This document shows, piece by piece, positions 1 to 14,900 of a DNA stretch of 64,000 nucleotides. The DNA is from Balanoglossus misakiensis (Eukaryota > Animalia > Hemichordata). The stretch is from NCBI GenBank assembly GCA_040954595.2, contig CM082585.2:11389451-11453450 (forward strand), given 5' to 3'. Below the pieces are notes generated by a model. That model did not search any database, was not told the origin of the DNA, and saw nothing but the letters and a program-made list of their open reading frames with translations. The position numbers were made by a program, and so were the translations under genes. Position 1 is the first letter of the stretch, and every line of letters begins with the position of its first letter.

Positions 1-251
1 AAACCGAGAGAAATGGGGAAGTGATGGGTGGATTCGGCGATATTATAAAAACTGGGTGTGGAAGTTGGACAGAAAGACGCGAGAGAAGGATAGCATAATC
101 GATGGGAGAATCTAATACTGGATGACCGAAAGGGCATCCTTAGTTCGAGCCGAAAGAGGAAGACGGGTAGATATACGGGATTGAAAAGCGACGGATGCGT
201 TGCCAGAAAGAATGTATGAAGGAAGTGCGCGTTGGAGAGGGGGTGGTAGGT

Positions 252-310
252 AGAGACAAGACATACAGACAAGACAGGCAGACAGACAGATATTAGATAG
301 ACAGACAGAT
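252..310. repeat. Degenerate (GACA/GATA)n microsatellite in a purine-rich tract
   Basis: AGAGACAAGACATACAGACAAGACAGGCAGACAGACAGATATTAGATAGACAGACAGAT is directly visible. Confidence 0.8.
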
Positions 311-3300
311 GAAAACAAAGTCCAAGGAAGAGATACATGCGCTTGCAGAACATCGCATCGATGTGATGATTAACGGAAGTGAAATATCGAATGCCATACA
401 ACATTGGACGGGTTACAGATATCGATGAAGCGCTGAAGACCATCGGTGTTTGACAAGTGTGGGTTGTTTGACCGAGGGGCGGAGACAATTCAGTATCGAA
501 CGGTATGACTAGCGTTTAAATATAATATTCTTTGTCGACATATTAAAGGGAAAAGACGGAGAAGTTTAAATATGAAGACAAATATGACAGTAATTATCGA
601 CGCCTGTGTGTTTGAACAGTCATGTTTAGCGCACTACCTCGCAAGTAAACAGTCTACATAATAAGACCGGGCGAAAATATTACGTTATGTTTGTCGTCGA
701 TTTTGTTTCAAATGTGAAGTCTTCAGCAGTGATGGAAAGTTAATTAAGCGCGTTTGAATGTCCCCGTAACTTGATCTGTGAGTAAACACATATTGCAATG
801 TGTAACCGGATTTTAAGTAAATACAACACATTGATAGGGATACTTCATTGGAGGGGCATCCCCCCTCTTTTCTGCACCAAGGGGCGGACAGTTGCCAGGA
901 GCACGGACACGGGTCGACTGGACGTGTGGTAATGTCTTTGTTTTGGGTGTTGTCAGAAGCGACGGTGGAGAAAATGCTCGTTTGTTAAGATACGAAGCAT
1001 TTTCACCGGACCGTTTGCGCTAAAGTGGTGCAGTGGTGAACGATAGGTGCGAATTCTTATGCAATGAGGCATAACGCAGGCCCGTCAACACCGTCACTGA
1101 TAGATTCCCGGCCTCTGCTCTTAAAAACCGGCTCGTTCCAAGACTAGTCGGCTTGAACTCAATAAAGAAAACACTTCCTGCAGTCGAACCAAACCGGCCG
1201 CCCTTTTTTTCACTTGAAATTGGCACTTGGCAATCGAGCATGTGAAACTGACAACCACAGCTCGCAAAAAAATGAAATCCGTGAAACAATTGAATTCCTG
1301 GCGTAAGTGACACTTCGGGGAAGCGAAAATTGACACCGGCACACAGTTGAAAAATGTTTACCTGACGTTACCACCGATACCACTGCAAGCGAAACCGATA
1401 TTCGCGTGTCCGAGATTTTCTCCTTGACACAAGAAAACTTCTCTACAAAATGAAATCCGAGAAACGCATCTTATGTGCGGAGTTTTCCGTTCCTCGGAGA
1501 AACCAGAATGGCTGCTACCGTCGCGTTGAGGGTGTTACGTTACAATGTATGCATCGGTGTAGTCCTATTACAAGCTACATTGAGGTGGCTTCGGCGACAG
1601 AAAAAAATCGCTAACCAGAGCGAGTCATTTTCGACAAATTAAAACGTGGCGATAATGTTTCAGCGGGGAATGCGAGCTGATATTGCTTAAGGTATGAAAA
1701 TTTAAAGAGTTTCTTGTCATGGAAATTAGATCCTTTGAATTAAAAAAATATACAGCCCAAAAGCCCTGAATCTTTGATACCTAAATGTATGACACTGGCG
1801 CTCAACGAATCATCAATTCGAAGGATGAAATATTGCACCGGTTCGTATAGATCAAGCATGATATTGCAGTCATTCATTTTAGAGTATATAGCTTTTTTCT
1901 ATCATCAGTATTCGATGCTGGCTTTATAAGTACCTCTCAAGCTTCGCCTTTCGCGCCAAAAACGTCACCAGTTCAAAGTCACAGACGCGTTTGTTGTATT
2001 CACTCATGACATCCGACAATATTTCTTTTTTTTGCCGCGAGAATGAAATTTACACTCTCTTAGTGGAGTAGTTATCGGCTATTATCACCAACCGAAATTA
2101 TGACAACGGTGTTAATTTTTCCTCAAACTAACTTTGCTGAATTTATGAGCGTATTAAAAACATGTCCATGTAAAATTTATAGCCGTATTATAAGCATGTC
2201 TATGCAACGAGAAAAAACAACTTTGGAAAGTAAGACAATGATAAATCTGTCTGGGAAATGGCGGACATAGAAGATTTGGGGGAACTTTCATGGGTGAAAA
2301 CCACAAGTAGATTGCTTCCAAACGATGGATCTCGTTAGCGCCTATCGTTCAGGTCAATAGGAATATGATGACGACGATGCGTGGGAACGCCGAGGCACAT
2401 CTCCCGGGGTTGCCTGTAATTAGTTATTGTCAATGTTTCTAAAGAGGGTTAAAACAATGAGTACGCACCGATGGCTTGCGCATCTACATGTGGAAAAGAG
2501 CCGTTAACGAGCGCCTGATAGCCGCTGTTGGCAGGGGCAACCGCAATGTGAACTGGCTACAATGTAGCTTTTTTCCCGTCTTACCTTGGACTACTTCTGG
2601 AGAGCGGGATTTCGAAGCCAATTGATGGCGTATCCGCGCACCCCCAAAACATGTAATCCCAATGCCGCCTAAAAACAACACTCTTCTGAATGGATGGTAG
2701 TATATCTATGGTTTGATTTGGTCGTGTTGTTTATTTCTCTCTTGTTGTGCGTTTCAATGCGCTCTTTTCAGGAGTCCAAGTGAAGTAGACGCGCAATTCA
2801 TTGCCTGTGTAGCCTTGCCACTTTCTTTTCTTCTTGTCTTGTATCTGTAAGCTTTTAAGCAACTCAACACCACCTCTATCTTATATTTCTAAACCCCATA
2901 TTAAACATTGATCCCCGGTTATATAGCCGGCGTGTTCGTCAGCGAGTTGGTTTTGCCGATGGTTCGTTTTTCCCCCCAATTTGCTCGACTGCAGATGCGC
3001 CTCGGAGAACAGTGGACTGTCTCGACCCCTTGCAACACATTATCAGCTCTGAAGGCGTTCAACGGTTCCACCAACAGCGTCTTGGAAATCCGTGGCAACG
3101 TGCGCTAATGGGCGCAATGAGCGTGAAAACTGTTGACATGTCCGTGAAAACGTGCACAGATTTGGCGTAATTCGCTCAATTGTTTTGCCAGGGTATCTCG
3201 ACGCGTCTGAAACGAATCAATCATGCCTGTAGCTGCATTGTATCTTATCTGCCCGTTGTAACTTTTCCCATTTATTTCAAGGCACTTCGTCGTGATTTCA

Positions 3301-5957
3301 TCTGGATATTACGCCGCTTGTTTTAAACGTTTCGAGTACGTGATTTTCTTTCCCCCTTTGGCCGCTGTAGATGTAATTTATCTGTTTGTTCGCCTATTTA
3401 TCACTTCACCCGAGAACTATTGTTTCTTTTGAAAGACAACTGTAATAATTAATTTAACCATGAAATCTATTTCTTGTGAATTATAACAACGCGCCAAAGA
3501 TGCAACTATACCTTCTACCACGGTGTTCTGGACAACAAAGTCGCGCCATCACAATTACACGTACATGTTCATCGTCAGATAATTAAACATGATAACACTT
3601 GTATCGTCCTGTGCGGCCTGTCCATTTTAAACGTGGACAGAGCGCGCGCGAGAGGAAGATAAAATGCCATCTGGCGTTTAATTAATATAAAACAGATTAT
3701 GACGTTACGTAATTTTTGAAATAGACATTCGTATCTGTTTGGTGCAGCGGTGACACGAATCTTCTTCGAATATGGCGCGTTTTAAAATAATTTTACCGCC
3801 AAAACTCTATGATGGCCCAAGTTGTCAATTAATTACAACAACTGTTACAGGGAACATATGTGTGTGGCGTCGGGAACAATGTACTCATTAATTCCCCATT
3901 TGCGTTAATTGTCTTAGAAAATATCTCCAACAAATTAAAAAACGTTTGTCAGGCAAAATTAAAAAAGATAATCTACGCAATGACAAGCCGACTACACACT
4001 TAATGTAATGGACTAGTTTTTACACAGACACTGGTTGGCAGCGGTGATATGCGCTTATCTGTCGATTTCGCTACCAGAATTACGCGTTTTGGCTACCGTG
4101 TTACGCGTGCGGCAACCGGGGATGCAATGAGTTGTTGAAACCGATTTTTTTTGAAAGGTTTGGGACTCCAAAGTAAAACATGTTGGTTTTTCTACCTACT
4201 TGTGGTGTTGAAATGCTTATTTTTGGAGAGGGGAGAATCGTTTCAAACAGCCACTAATATGAGGAAACCAAATAACTCATAAATCATGCAACATTGACAG
4301 ATACACACTGCCACGCACACCCGGTCTCACAACCACATTTTATTTATTTTTTCGTTATTTTATTATCACACGGGACTTCGATTCTCCCTTTCCCCGCAAC
4401 ATGGTCGGAAATGCAGGGCCGATGAAATTAGTGAAACTTAATAAATTACCGATAAAAAGGAAAGGGTTTCTAATTTAATCTTTTGCGAAAATCCACACTG
4501 AAATTGGTACATTCAATTCGGGCATTCACATATTGCCAATCACCGAAGTTCTTAAGAATCAGACCCGGGTTTATCAACACAGACAACCATATGTAAACTC
4601 GACTTGTACCCCCAGCCCTCATAAGCACGCATTCACATTATTAAGAATTATTAGAAATCGAGCTTGTCTACTTGTCCAAAATTTCAACAGGACAAATCCG
4701 GGTCTTGGCTTCCCAAGGCCAGTCTAATCTCATAGGACATTGGAAGGCGTCAATTTAGGTCGGACATTGCGTGTGACGCACACGTCTATATCTGATGGTT
4801 TCATCAGTGCGAACCATCCTCTTGTCGGCTTAACTCATCGCAGTAATACTCTTTGCCAAGATGTGATTTTCATTTTCAGATAAGCCAAAAATTTAATTCC
4901 AGAGCTTAATAATGTGATTCACGTCTTAAGTGAATTTCCTGAAGTAATGCGGGCAAGGGGCTTATACCCATGTACATGTGACGATCAGCGATTCCCAGAC
5001 CCCCGCGATTTTTTTCCAGGTCGCTTCGCTCGTCGCGACGGCATGGCCAGCACGGTGCGGGGCCGATGCGTGCTTGGCGGTGAGAGAGCGCGAAATACGA
5101 CGACGGGAGAAAACATGCATTCGCACGTTCAGTGGGGAGTTGATGTCATCGATATTTTGCTAGAGGTCACATTTAGATTGTTTAATAGGAATATCGCATC
5201 AATTTATAGTTGGTGCACCTACTTCAACGGGAGTTATTTCCGATAGCCGACCATCTTCGTCATTAAGCCGCGTGATTGTCGAACGTTTCTGAGTAAAATA
5301 TTGCAATTACCGTTAACTAGCCTAACAAGCTAGCAATGTTGTTCGGCCGAAGACATCCCAAAAATTACCGCTCGTGATTTGCCGACGTAATTGCTCTCTG
5401 CCCGTTATCATTTCAACCGACAAAATGTCTGATTGCTTCGGACTTGCGTTCATCTCAATTTCCAGATGTAAACCTTACTCTCAAGTGCTGTCCGTCGATT
5501 CACTTTCCGTCGCGTAACAAATTTATTCTCTGGTTTTCCTATTTATTTTAGTCTGTTGGATGACACCACTCCAGAGTGCTATTTTTAAGAGTCGTTCAGT
5601 ACATGAGAACCCTGCATTTTTTCCGCCACGATGACCTTCGCCATTCGCCCGTGACGATGCACACTGGAATAACCCTGAGTTAACCGTCGCCATATGTTTA
5701 CGGGGCGGCACGGAGTAAACTATCACAAATGGAAAAAAATATAAGCCGACTCATAAATCTAAAATGTCATAAAACTATAAAATATCAACGCTGTGGCTAA
5801 GCACGTTCATCTGGTGTCGAAAGCCCTTATTTCAGATATTTTAATGTGGTACACCACTTGGGGTATTTTATCACCCGCAAGTGCTTACACCATCAAGACT
5901 GGTTACCTTCATCAACCGGTGATCGTGTTGACTGTATTTCATTACCGGGTCCAACCA

Positions 5958-5985
5958 AACAACAACAACAACAACAACAGCAACA
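5958..5985. repeat. (AAC)n trinucleotide microsatellite
   Basis: AACAACAACAACAACAACAACAGCAACA is directly visible. Confidence 0.9.
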
Positions 5986-8900
5986 AACACGAGTGTTCGA
6001 ACTCACGCACTGATGAATAGAAAGAGCGTAAACAGAGCGAGAAACAAAGATTTTCTTTCAGATGGCCCCAGGTGGATGGACATTCAACTGCGGTCAAAGC
6101 TGGTCTTCAGAAGACTCAAAAGACAATTACCATCCAGGGTAAGGTATTAAAGGATTTAACGCCCCGGTTAGAATCTCTGCTACGTAAAGAGGGACACAGC
6201 CACCTATGCACAGTGATGCGCGGCGTCTGTTGAACTCTGAAGCTAAATTTGGCAAGGAACGATGACTCACGCACCGGGCATGTCATGAGCCTTTCCTGTT
6301 TCAAAAGATGTGACAAACGCGACCCCGAGGTTACAGTTCCAACGCCCTTCAATTAATTTGTCCATTTCCTGCGCTCAGCGAAACTTTAAAGGTGCTTGAG
6401 CGAGATGCGAGTAGTGTTTTATCTCCACAGGAAACTACGATAAGGCTGCAGTATCGGGACAGTTTCTCTTTCCAAATGCGGTGGCTGTAGATACAGCCGT
6501 TGTATTTTCCCCGTCCGAGACCGGGAGCGTATATAATATCGCCCAGCGTCACGGAAATTCTCTATAGTTTATAATCCATTGAAGCAAATCTTTTAAAAGG
6601 AAAACCCCTAGATTGAACGCGGATTCAACAAAGAGATACAGAAAGGAGAAATCCGGCGTCCTGGATATCTGTTTTTTTCAAAGGGGGAACTTTGCTCCCC
6701 AAGAGCATGCCACACGGCCAAGAGATCACAGGAAACGTCCATCCAAACAGGCATTTTTTTTTCTTCCTTTTTTCCTCCGTCCAATCAGAGGATATTAAAT
6801 CCAGCCATGTTGGGGCAAACTAGCAGAGACAGAGGCGTTGATTTCTTTCTTTCCTGTCTCGTATACTGTCACTCTGTAAGACCGGGCCCTATTTTTGCGG
6901 TTCCGACCACTTATGTGCTTTGGGGGGAGGGGAGGAGGGGGATCATGTCTGCTTGTGTAGTTCAAATCTAGAAAGGTCGCGGTGAATCGGCTTCCGTGCG
7001 ATTTGGAAGACTGTGTGTGTTTAAAATAAGACCGTGACAGCACAACCTTCGACCAAGTGAGTCCACCTTTGCCAATCGCGACAAAGTAATACAAAGCCTC
7101 GGCGATCACACTTCACATTCTTGATCCAGAACCATTTCTATTATTTGCCAACAAACGAATCAAATCTATCGAGTGGATACCGGTACATTATCAACAATTG
7201 CTTTGTTAGATGTTCGCGAAAAAAAAATGAAAATAAATATATTTCACCTGCTCCTTTATTTAACAGTTAGCAGTTTTTTGATAAAAAGGCAGTAAATTTT
7301 AATAAAAAGTTTTGAGTGGAAAGGATTTTCTCTTTGTGTTGTCAATTAACAGTAATTCACCGAAAATAGACGAAAATAAACGGAGGGAGACGAACGTGTT
7401 CGTACCTGCCAAATCAGGCGATAATCAAATGTAGATTGTGTTTTTTTGTTCTGGGCGGCGTTATATGCAAGTAAACAGGTTATGGAAACCTGATGGAACA
7501 TGTTCCACATGTCTTACTTCCTGATGGGCTTTCCACTACAAAGTCGGTTCGCACGTGCTTGACTTTAATAATTATGCCACCCGAAAAGCGGGACAGCGTG
7601 GCGACGAGAAATAATACGAGGAAAATTCGCAGAAGCGAGAATATGGGAGGGTCTGTTGGGATGTTTAGTGTGGTTTACAAGGGGGTACCGGAGTGGGGGG
7701 GGGGGAGGGGGTCAATTAACATTTAGTGATGCCCCAAATTGTAGAGGGGACCCATGTCTGGCTGATTGAAATCTGAAATACTAGCAAAAAGCCAGTGATA
7801 TGGTAATGTCAGTTGACTGGTGGCTAATAGTGGGGAAAGACTCGTATCCTGAATTGCCTGCCAGACGTATCGGGTTACCATGGATTTGTAGACATTTATT
7901 AAGAACACTGCAACGATAAATCAACGGGTAATGGCTGGGGAGGGGAATGCTGATCCGACGAATATGAAATCGACCCCGGCGAGTTTTCTCAACGGTAGCA
8001 CACGCCGGTTTCACGAGCGATCGGGTTTTTTGTTTACTATCCGTATGTCGTCTTGCAGTACGTGCTACGGCTAGAATAGGCGTGCGTTGGTACGCTTCAC
8101 CGGAACCGATACAAAACGCACTGACCCAGCAAACAAAAAAAGAATCTGGTTTCTGGTCATTATGTATGCAAGGCCCGTCGTCAATCATCTTGCCGTGAGA
8201 ACGGTAAACTTTCCTAAGTTTTCGTCGCGAAAATTCCACCCTCGCCGACGGAAATCGGCGAAATTCGTTCGGGAGGGTTCATCGGTATGCACGGCCTAGC
8301 AACAAACTAACACAATCAGGAAACAGGCCGTCGGCAGTGTGGGAACATTCCCCGGTGTTTCCTTCAGCCCACCCAACCAACAGTCGCCATCTTGGTTACA
8401 ATTGTGAACTTCGACAGTGTCTAGAAATCGCGCTTTAAACTCGAATAAACCGCCTTGCGCTTGTCCCACTTACCGGTGCTTACATCGACGCCGTTCCCAG
8501 ACTTCGAAATTCGTTAAAAATCCGCAGAGACGACAAGACAGGGGCGTAATTTCGTTACGGTATATAGTCTGCATGGTTCGCCACTGCACTGTGTAACAGT
8601 ATCCACTGTTGGTGGGGGCATTGACAAAACGAATGCATCTGGCCGTCGAATATACTGTGACTTTCGCGTTACACAACACAGTGACTGCCACAAAAAGAGA
8701 AAAAAGCTTTTCAATCTAACCCTGCTTTACATCCTATTCGATGGATGTATACATTGAACACGCAGCAAGGGACAATGTCTGCGCAGTGTACTGGTTCAAT
8801 GAAGTTATATTGAAGGAGAATTTCCATGAAAATACACTATTATGGTCTGCATAAAGCAGCGACAATATGCGAACCAGCCTTACAAGTGTAACCAATCATA

Positions 8901-11900
8901 GATTTTAAACATGTTATACAAAATACTTATTTCACAAGAAGGACTTTGTATGCGCTGTGTTGCGAGATGAAAACTGTCCCGTCCTTAATTGGGTCGAGAC
9001 ACCTCGTTTGACGCACAATTCACCCCTCCTTACGTTATTATACACGGGCATATCACCACGCGCTCTTGATTAGCTGGAAATTCTTGGCCAAACACAAGCT
9101 GCCACCTGGCAGAAAGTTCACTCTCGCCTTTACAATTTCTTTCTGAAGGCCCGATATATCTGAGAAACACAACGAAAGCCCTGGCGAGGCAATTAAATGC
9201 ATAATTAAGAGATCGATAGTTGTACTCTCATCGATACCAAAATTGTTATTTCTACGGGTCTGGACTTCAATAACCGCGGCTGACAAAATAGAATTTATTG
9301 GACTCCTGGCCGAAAAATACAATCTTTTCGTTTGTGATTATAGGGCAGTGTAGAGAGCTCGAATGAACGTTCATTCTTCGCAAATCAAAGAAAGGGTTTT
9401 TCATTCTGTACGCCCACTTCTAAATTTATCCCTTTTCTCTCAGAAAGCACGTTTCTTCCAGCTACCCGATTGCAAACACGCCTATTTTCTGGCCATATTA
9501 AACGACTTTAACCAGTATTTTGAATGGCAAGTTTTGATGCATGGGTCGTTGAAAAGTTGACAAATTATCACCAACGACCTTGTATCAGTACTGGTCGGTA
9601 TCTCCTTTTTTATGCAGATGGCAGTTTTGGTCTTTTCGAGGGAGACCGTTGGGGAAAATCTTCACAAGGCTTTCATAAAATAATCAGTTAATTGGGGTCC
9701 CCCGCCGATTTCTTGTGAAGACAGGCCACATCTAGTAAAAAACAATCTGTATAAATTCAGAGACCGGGGTAAGAATACTGGTACCCTCTAGCTGTGTGCA
9801 GATTTTTAGTGGTATTTTCCCGCCCTGTAGATTTTTTAGCAGAAATGGCGGTTGTTGGACAACTTCTCCAAAGGGTGCCATATTGGGGTTTTTCAATCTA
9901 AGCGCTGGGTGGCTCGTGTTGTCACGGCCCTCCTAGTGCGTTTCTGCTTGTTAATACTATACACAGTATTCACTAAGTAACAATACACGGACTAATAGAG
10001 AAAATCTCCCGTTATCATCTTCCGCAGACAACTGTTCGCATTTTCCCGCGCATTCTGTTGTGACCTACACCCAAACCAGTCAGACTACATGCGCTATACC
10101 ACCATGGCCCACTCACTGCCATATTGATCAAGTTGAGAACAGAGTTCGATAGCGAATCTTCAAAACTGTCTCAGACCGTGGGTACCAAAAAGGGAGACAC
10201 ATTTTGTGATCACTAGGGTGAAAAGGTTCTAACTGTCGGAGGACAATGCGTATAGATATCGACAACAACCATCTCATGGCAGCAATGTTGTAATTTTTAT
10301 TAAAGGCCCCCAGGGTAATAGAGATGGGAGGAAAATCTAGGCTCTCCAATTAGACGACAATTTTTTCACAATTTAGATTGACTTGCAAGGAAATAATTGC
10401 ACTTGTGTCCAATTGTCTACCGACACGGTTTCATATCATGAGTTAATACGTCAGAACTCCAAAAAGTCGCTGTCACTCTGCACATTTCGCTTTCTCCAGA
10501 TTCCAGCAATAGTTCGAGTTTCCTGACAGAAAGTGAAATGTGTGCTGTTAAGTCAGTATACTTTGTGCGTGCGCGAACGAGGCTGCCCCAGGAAACCATA
10601 GTGACGAGATAAGAACACCCTCCTGAGAAAAAGAGTGACCTCCAAAAGTTAGTTGACCATAATTTATGGCAACGTCTGCAAGGGGTATATCAAAAACAAC
10701 ACCAAAGTATATGTCTTTAAAAATAAACAAGTTTTTCCCTTATATGTTTCTACACTAAAATATAAGTGAAAACTGAATAGACAAACTACATGGGAAAGAA
10801 TGAATTAAACGGTGGTGCATAAACTTGAACTCTGGAAGGCACTGAGTTTCTATCTCTCATTGAAATGACGTCACGCACTTCGGGAGGTCACGTGATAAGA
10901 ACTACACATGCAGCCTGTTTGTTATTTTTCTTTCAAGGTTTCCACACCGATAAAATGAAAGTGTTCTTTTTACTCATAACTTTTCAGAAATATACAAATC
11001 AAAATCAAATTCACTTGGTAAATAAAACATTCTCAGCCTGTCGTCTATAATGTCTAAAACTTTTAACAAAAATATCTAAAATATTTCCCCATAGAGATTA
11101 TCGACAGGCTTCGTCTAAAAATAGAAAACGAAAAAACAGTGAAGTATATTTTTTTTCCAAAAACTGTCTAAAATGTTCAATCGTCAGCTAAAAAGAGATT
11201 AATTGCTTTTGATACATTTTTTTCTTTAAAAGGTTCCCAAAAAGGGAATGTGGTTTCAACAATTCTTTTTTTTACCAAAATATTAAAGAAAGACTTTTTC
11301 AGCTTAGATGTGATCTGTTACTTAGAATCGTGGAAAGAAAAAAATCTAGAGGCACTAAGAACCCTGACTCTGCATCCATACTTGTCAAAAAGTGACATTG
11401 AAAAAAATTCTTCTTACAATAGTCGAAAAGTTCAACTTTTCCAGACATCCTGGCACCTTCGTTTCAAAGATTTGAAAACGCCCGCGTCCGGATAAACATT
11501 ATACATCCTCGCTACACTATTGTATAGTTCGTCTGCTGCATTTAAAAAAAGAGTCAGCTGTTTACTGTTTTTATTTTCCTCTCTGCTCGCTTTTTTTTTT
11601 AAAGTCCGTTTTGAACTTCGTGTTATTGACTCGTTTGCAAACTGGTGTGTATACCCTGTGAGCTAGCTTGGTCAGGACTGACTTCGGCTTCAAGACACAA
11701 CTGTGCGCTCGCTTCTGTTTTAGTTCATACCCGACGCCAGGTGCATGCCTAGAAAAACGAAACAATTGTCATCAATATTAGATCATTTGAAATACTGCCT
11801 GGCGAGTAATTCGCCCGCTACAAAAATTAAAGATGAATATGATGGTGGTAGTGATAATAATAATGGCGGTGGCATTTCCCGAAAATTCGAACACAGTTAT

Positions 11901-14900
11901 CCACCGACGCTATGGCAATGAGAAAACAAACTTAAAAATTCATAAGGCTATCAATTCAGCGGGGAGAGACACCCATAGTTTTAAGGGGCTCGCACCGGTC
12001 GTATAAAACATTATTAACCCATAACGAACGGCGGTGGCTGTGATCTGACCAGTTATTTCCCGTCCCGCCAAGGATAAAACGCACTTGGGGCCAGCAAACG
12101 TCATTTTAACAGGTGGTCAATTAAAATCCCCTTGGGTATAGGTACTGTGCGAGAATAAACAAAGCTAAAAATTCAAGCCTTACGTAGCCGTACTTAAAAC
12201 GAAGATTAAAATTTGCATCTTCAGGGCTAGTGTTAAGAAGCGAGCACACAGCGAGGAAGAGAAGTCGTTTTTACAAGCAGACAATGTTTCATGTCTTTTG
12301 GGTTAGTTGTGTTAAAAAGAGAAAGTCATAGCGTGTTGTTCAGTCGATTCTCTTTCAACTCAAAAACAACAACAAAACACAAGTTCGACAAATCCTGTTA
12401 GTACGAGAGTGGACAGCCGAACGCCGAAATGCCTATTTACTGTACTATATTTAAAAAAGTTAGAAAAGGCCAATTACTACTCTATATTTGCATTTAGAAG
12501 GGAGAGCTTGTGTGGGAAACAGTGTATTAATACAGATCGTGAACAATAGCTCGGGACACAGTTCATTCACTCAGTTCTATAACGCCACGTTTACCGAGGT
12601 AATTCTTTAGCGCGATCAATGACTGGCACACAATACCACATAGTAATACTCAGACTGCCACTACAAACTAGACCTAGACTACAACGAGGAACACCGGGTA
12701 CCGCCACGGCGGACAGAAACCAGCTGAGCGCCAACTTGATTACAAATCAACACGGCAATAAGAGCTGAATTATAGAAATGATCTGAGCATAGAACAATAC
12801 ACCGACGTAGATTTCCTGAAGTCGGACTTGCCCATGCTGGAATTATCACCTATGAGCACCCGACCAATAAAATTTCGAACACATGCGGAATGTACATAAT
12901 AAAATTTATATTGAAATTCCTGCAGTCCCTGGCAAATACTACGACAACGCTCGGAGTTCACTCGAGTCGTTTTGACGAAGATCATTTCGAGAAAGGAGAT
13001 TCCCCGGCGCCTCGGTTTTCGGGAGTCGCTTGTTTTGTGTTCACTCACTGAACTAAAGAAAGTGTTTCAATGACAGCCGTGAATGTTATGCAAATCGGGA
13101 CTTTATTTTCGGGGTTCTGTACAGTCGCTTCTTCAGATATTGAACCGTGGTGAGACCGGGTTGTTATGAGCTTTTAAAAGACCCGAAAACTTATTCTCAA
13201 AATACGTGATTATTCCGTTTTTGTTATTGCTTAATTTTCAATCTTTAAGTTTGGCATTTTACAAAGCGACCCGCCTTGCACCCAGGGTCATTCGTGTCGA
13301 CCACCTTCGGCTGACGGATTTCACCAGACTTAAATTGTACGCGACTAAAATTGATCGAGTTTCCCCAACCGTACCGTTGCCCAGAAGTCGAAAAATTGTG
13401 CCAGAGCGAGCATGCCTAGTTACTGGGTTGGTATTCTCAGCGAAAAATATGCAATTTTGTTAGCATTAATCAGAAAAAGGCGTGAGACAAGTTAATAACG
13501 AATAAGCGAGAGAGGACTGAAGGGAAGAGTCGGAGATAAGTCAAAAACCAGAAAGTGCAAAATGCGTCAAACGACAGGAATTTCCCGCCATTTTTTTCTC
13601 TCTTCACGTTAACCAGGGCCCCTGCTATCTTGACAATCGAGTGTTTTGTCTATGACAGTTAAGTTGGTTATCTTCCCACTACTGGCAATCTGAAGTCTGC
13701 CCTTTCGTGCTAGATGTATATGTACTGGTTGCAAACTTTACAAGATTCTTTCTACACCATACTCTGCTGTAATACCTAACAAAACAACATTGGACAGGAC
13801 TCTCGCACACTGAACAACGCGTTGCGGTCAATTTTCAAACATTAGGGGTGTCGTTATAGGCAGTCTCCACATAAGGTAACAAAAATAACATTTTGAGAAG
13901 GATCCAAACTAAGGCTAACTCACAGTAGCGTGTCAAAAATCTCTTGCACGACTCGGAAATTCGAATAACTTGCCGGAGCTAAGGGACTCCATCAGTATGC
14001 AAATTAGTGAGGGTGAAATCTCGCCGGATTTCAATTCTCTCTATTAACAACTGAATATATATACTGACATATGTTCCTACACCGATAACCAATCACACAT
14101 GTGAAATAAAACCATTTATCTTCCAAGATCTCAATATACAGTTTTAAGCTTAAATCAGGCACTGCCTGGGTGCACTGAAGTCGATTACTACGAACTGTCA
14201 CTTTGCGATCATCCCTATTTTAAAAGAAGAAAAAAAATTCCCCATTCTATTTTGCCCATATTAATGACCAACACGCCCCCATATCTCATTAACCACACTC
14301 AACACTTCCTGAGAGAGATGGCGGTTGCGTAACACCGTCAAGCACTATGCATTTAAATAACAGAAAGAGGGTAATACAGCTCAGAATGGTGCCTTTGTGG
14401 CCAAGTCATGCCGTTTCACGCGCTGATTAATTAAACGAAACAGAAATTTCAACAACTTTACATATACTTTTCCCTCCATTAACAACAAATCGGACAATCT
14501 CCACATGTTCGATCTTGCTTCAATTCGAACACTCCAGCAAACAATTCCTGGGATCATATTGTTATACAAGTGAAACAATTGAACCAATTTTCCCTTCGCA
14601 ATTTCCGCACTATAAGAACAGTTTTCATAGTCGAGTGTTTGCTCCCGTGGCATGCTAATAATCTAACGACAATTCTAGAGGTCACAGTATATCCCAATGG
14701 ATTATATTTTTTCCCTCAGACAACTTGGGAGTTATTGGAAGTAGCATATTAAATGACATCACAAGCGGAATCAAAATATCTCGCCAAATCAATAAAAAAC
14801 GCACTAAAACTTGGCCCTAACGTATTAGGTAAAGTGTACTTTAATGGAATAGCTTGTGTTCGGGCGTAGCGCACTTTATACGCTTGGAATCAAAAAATGC

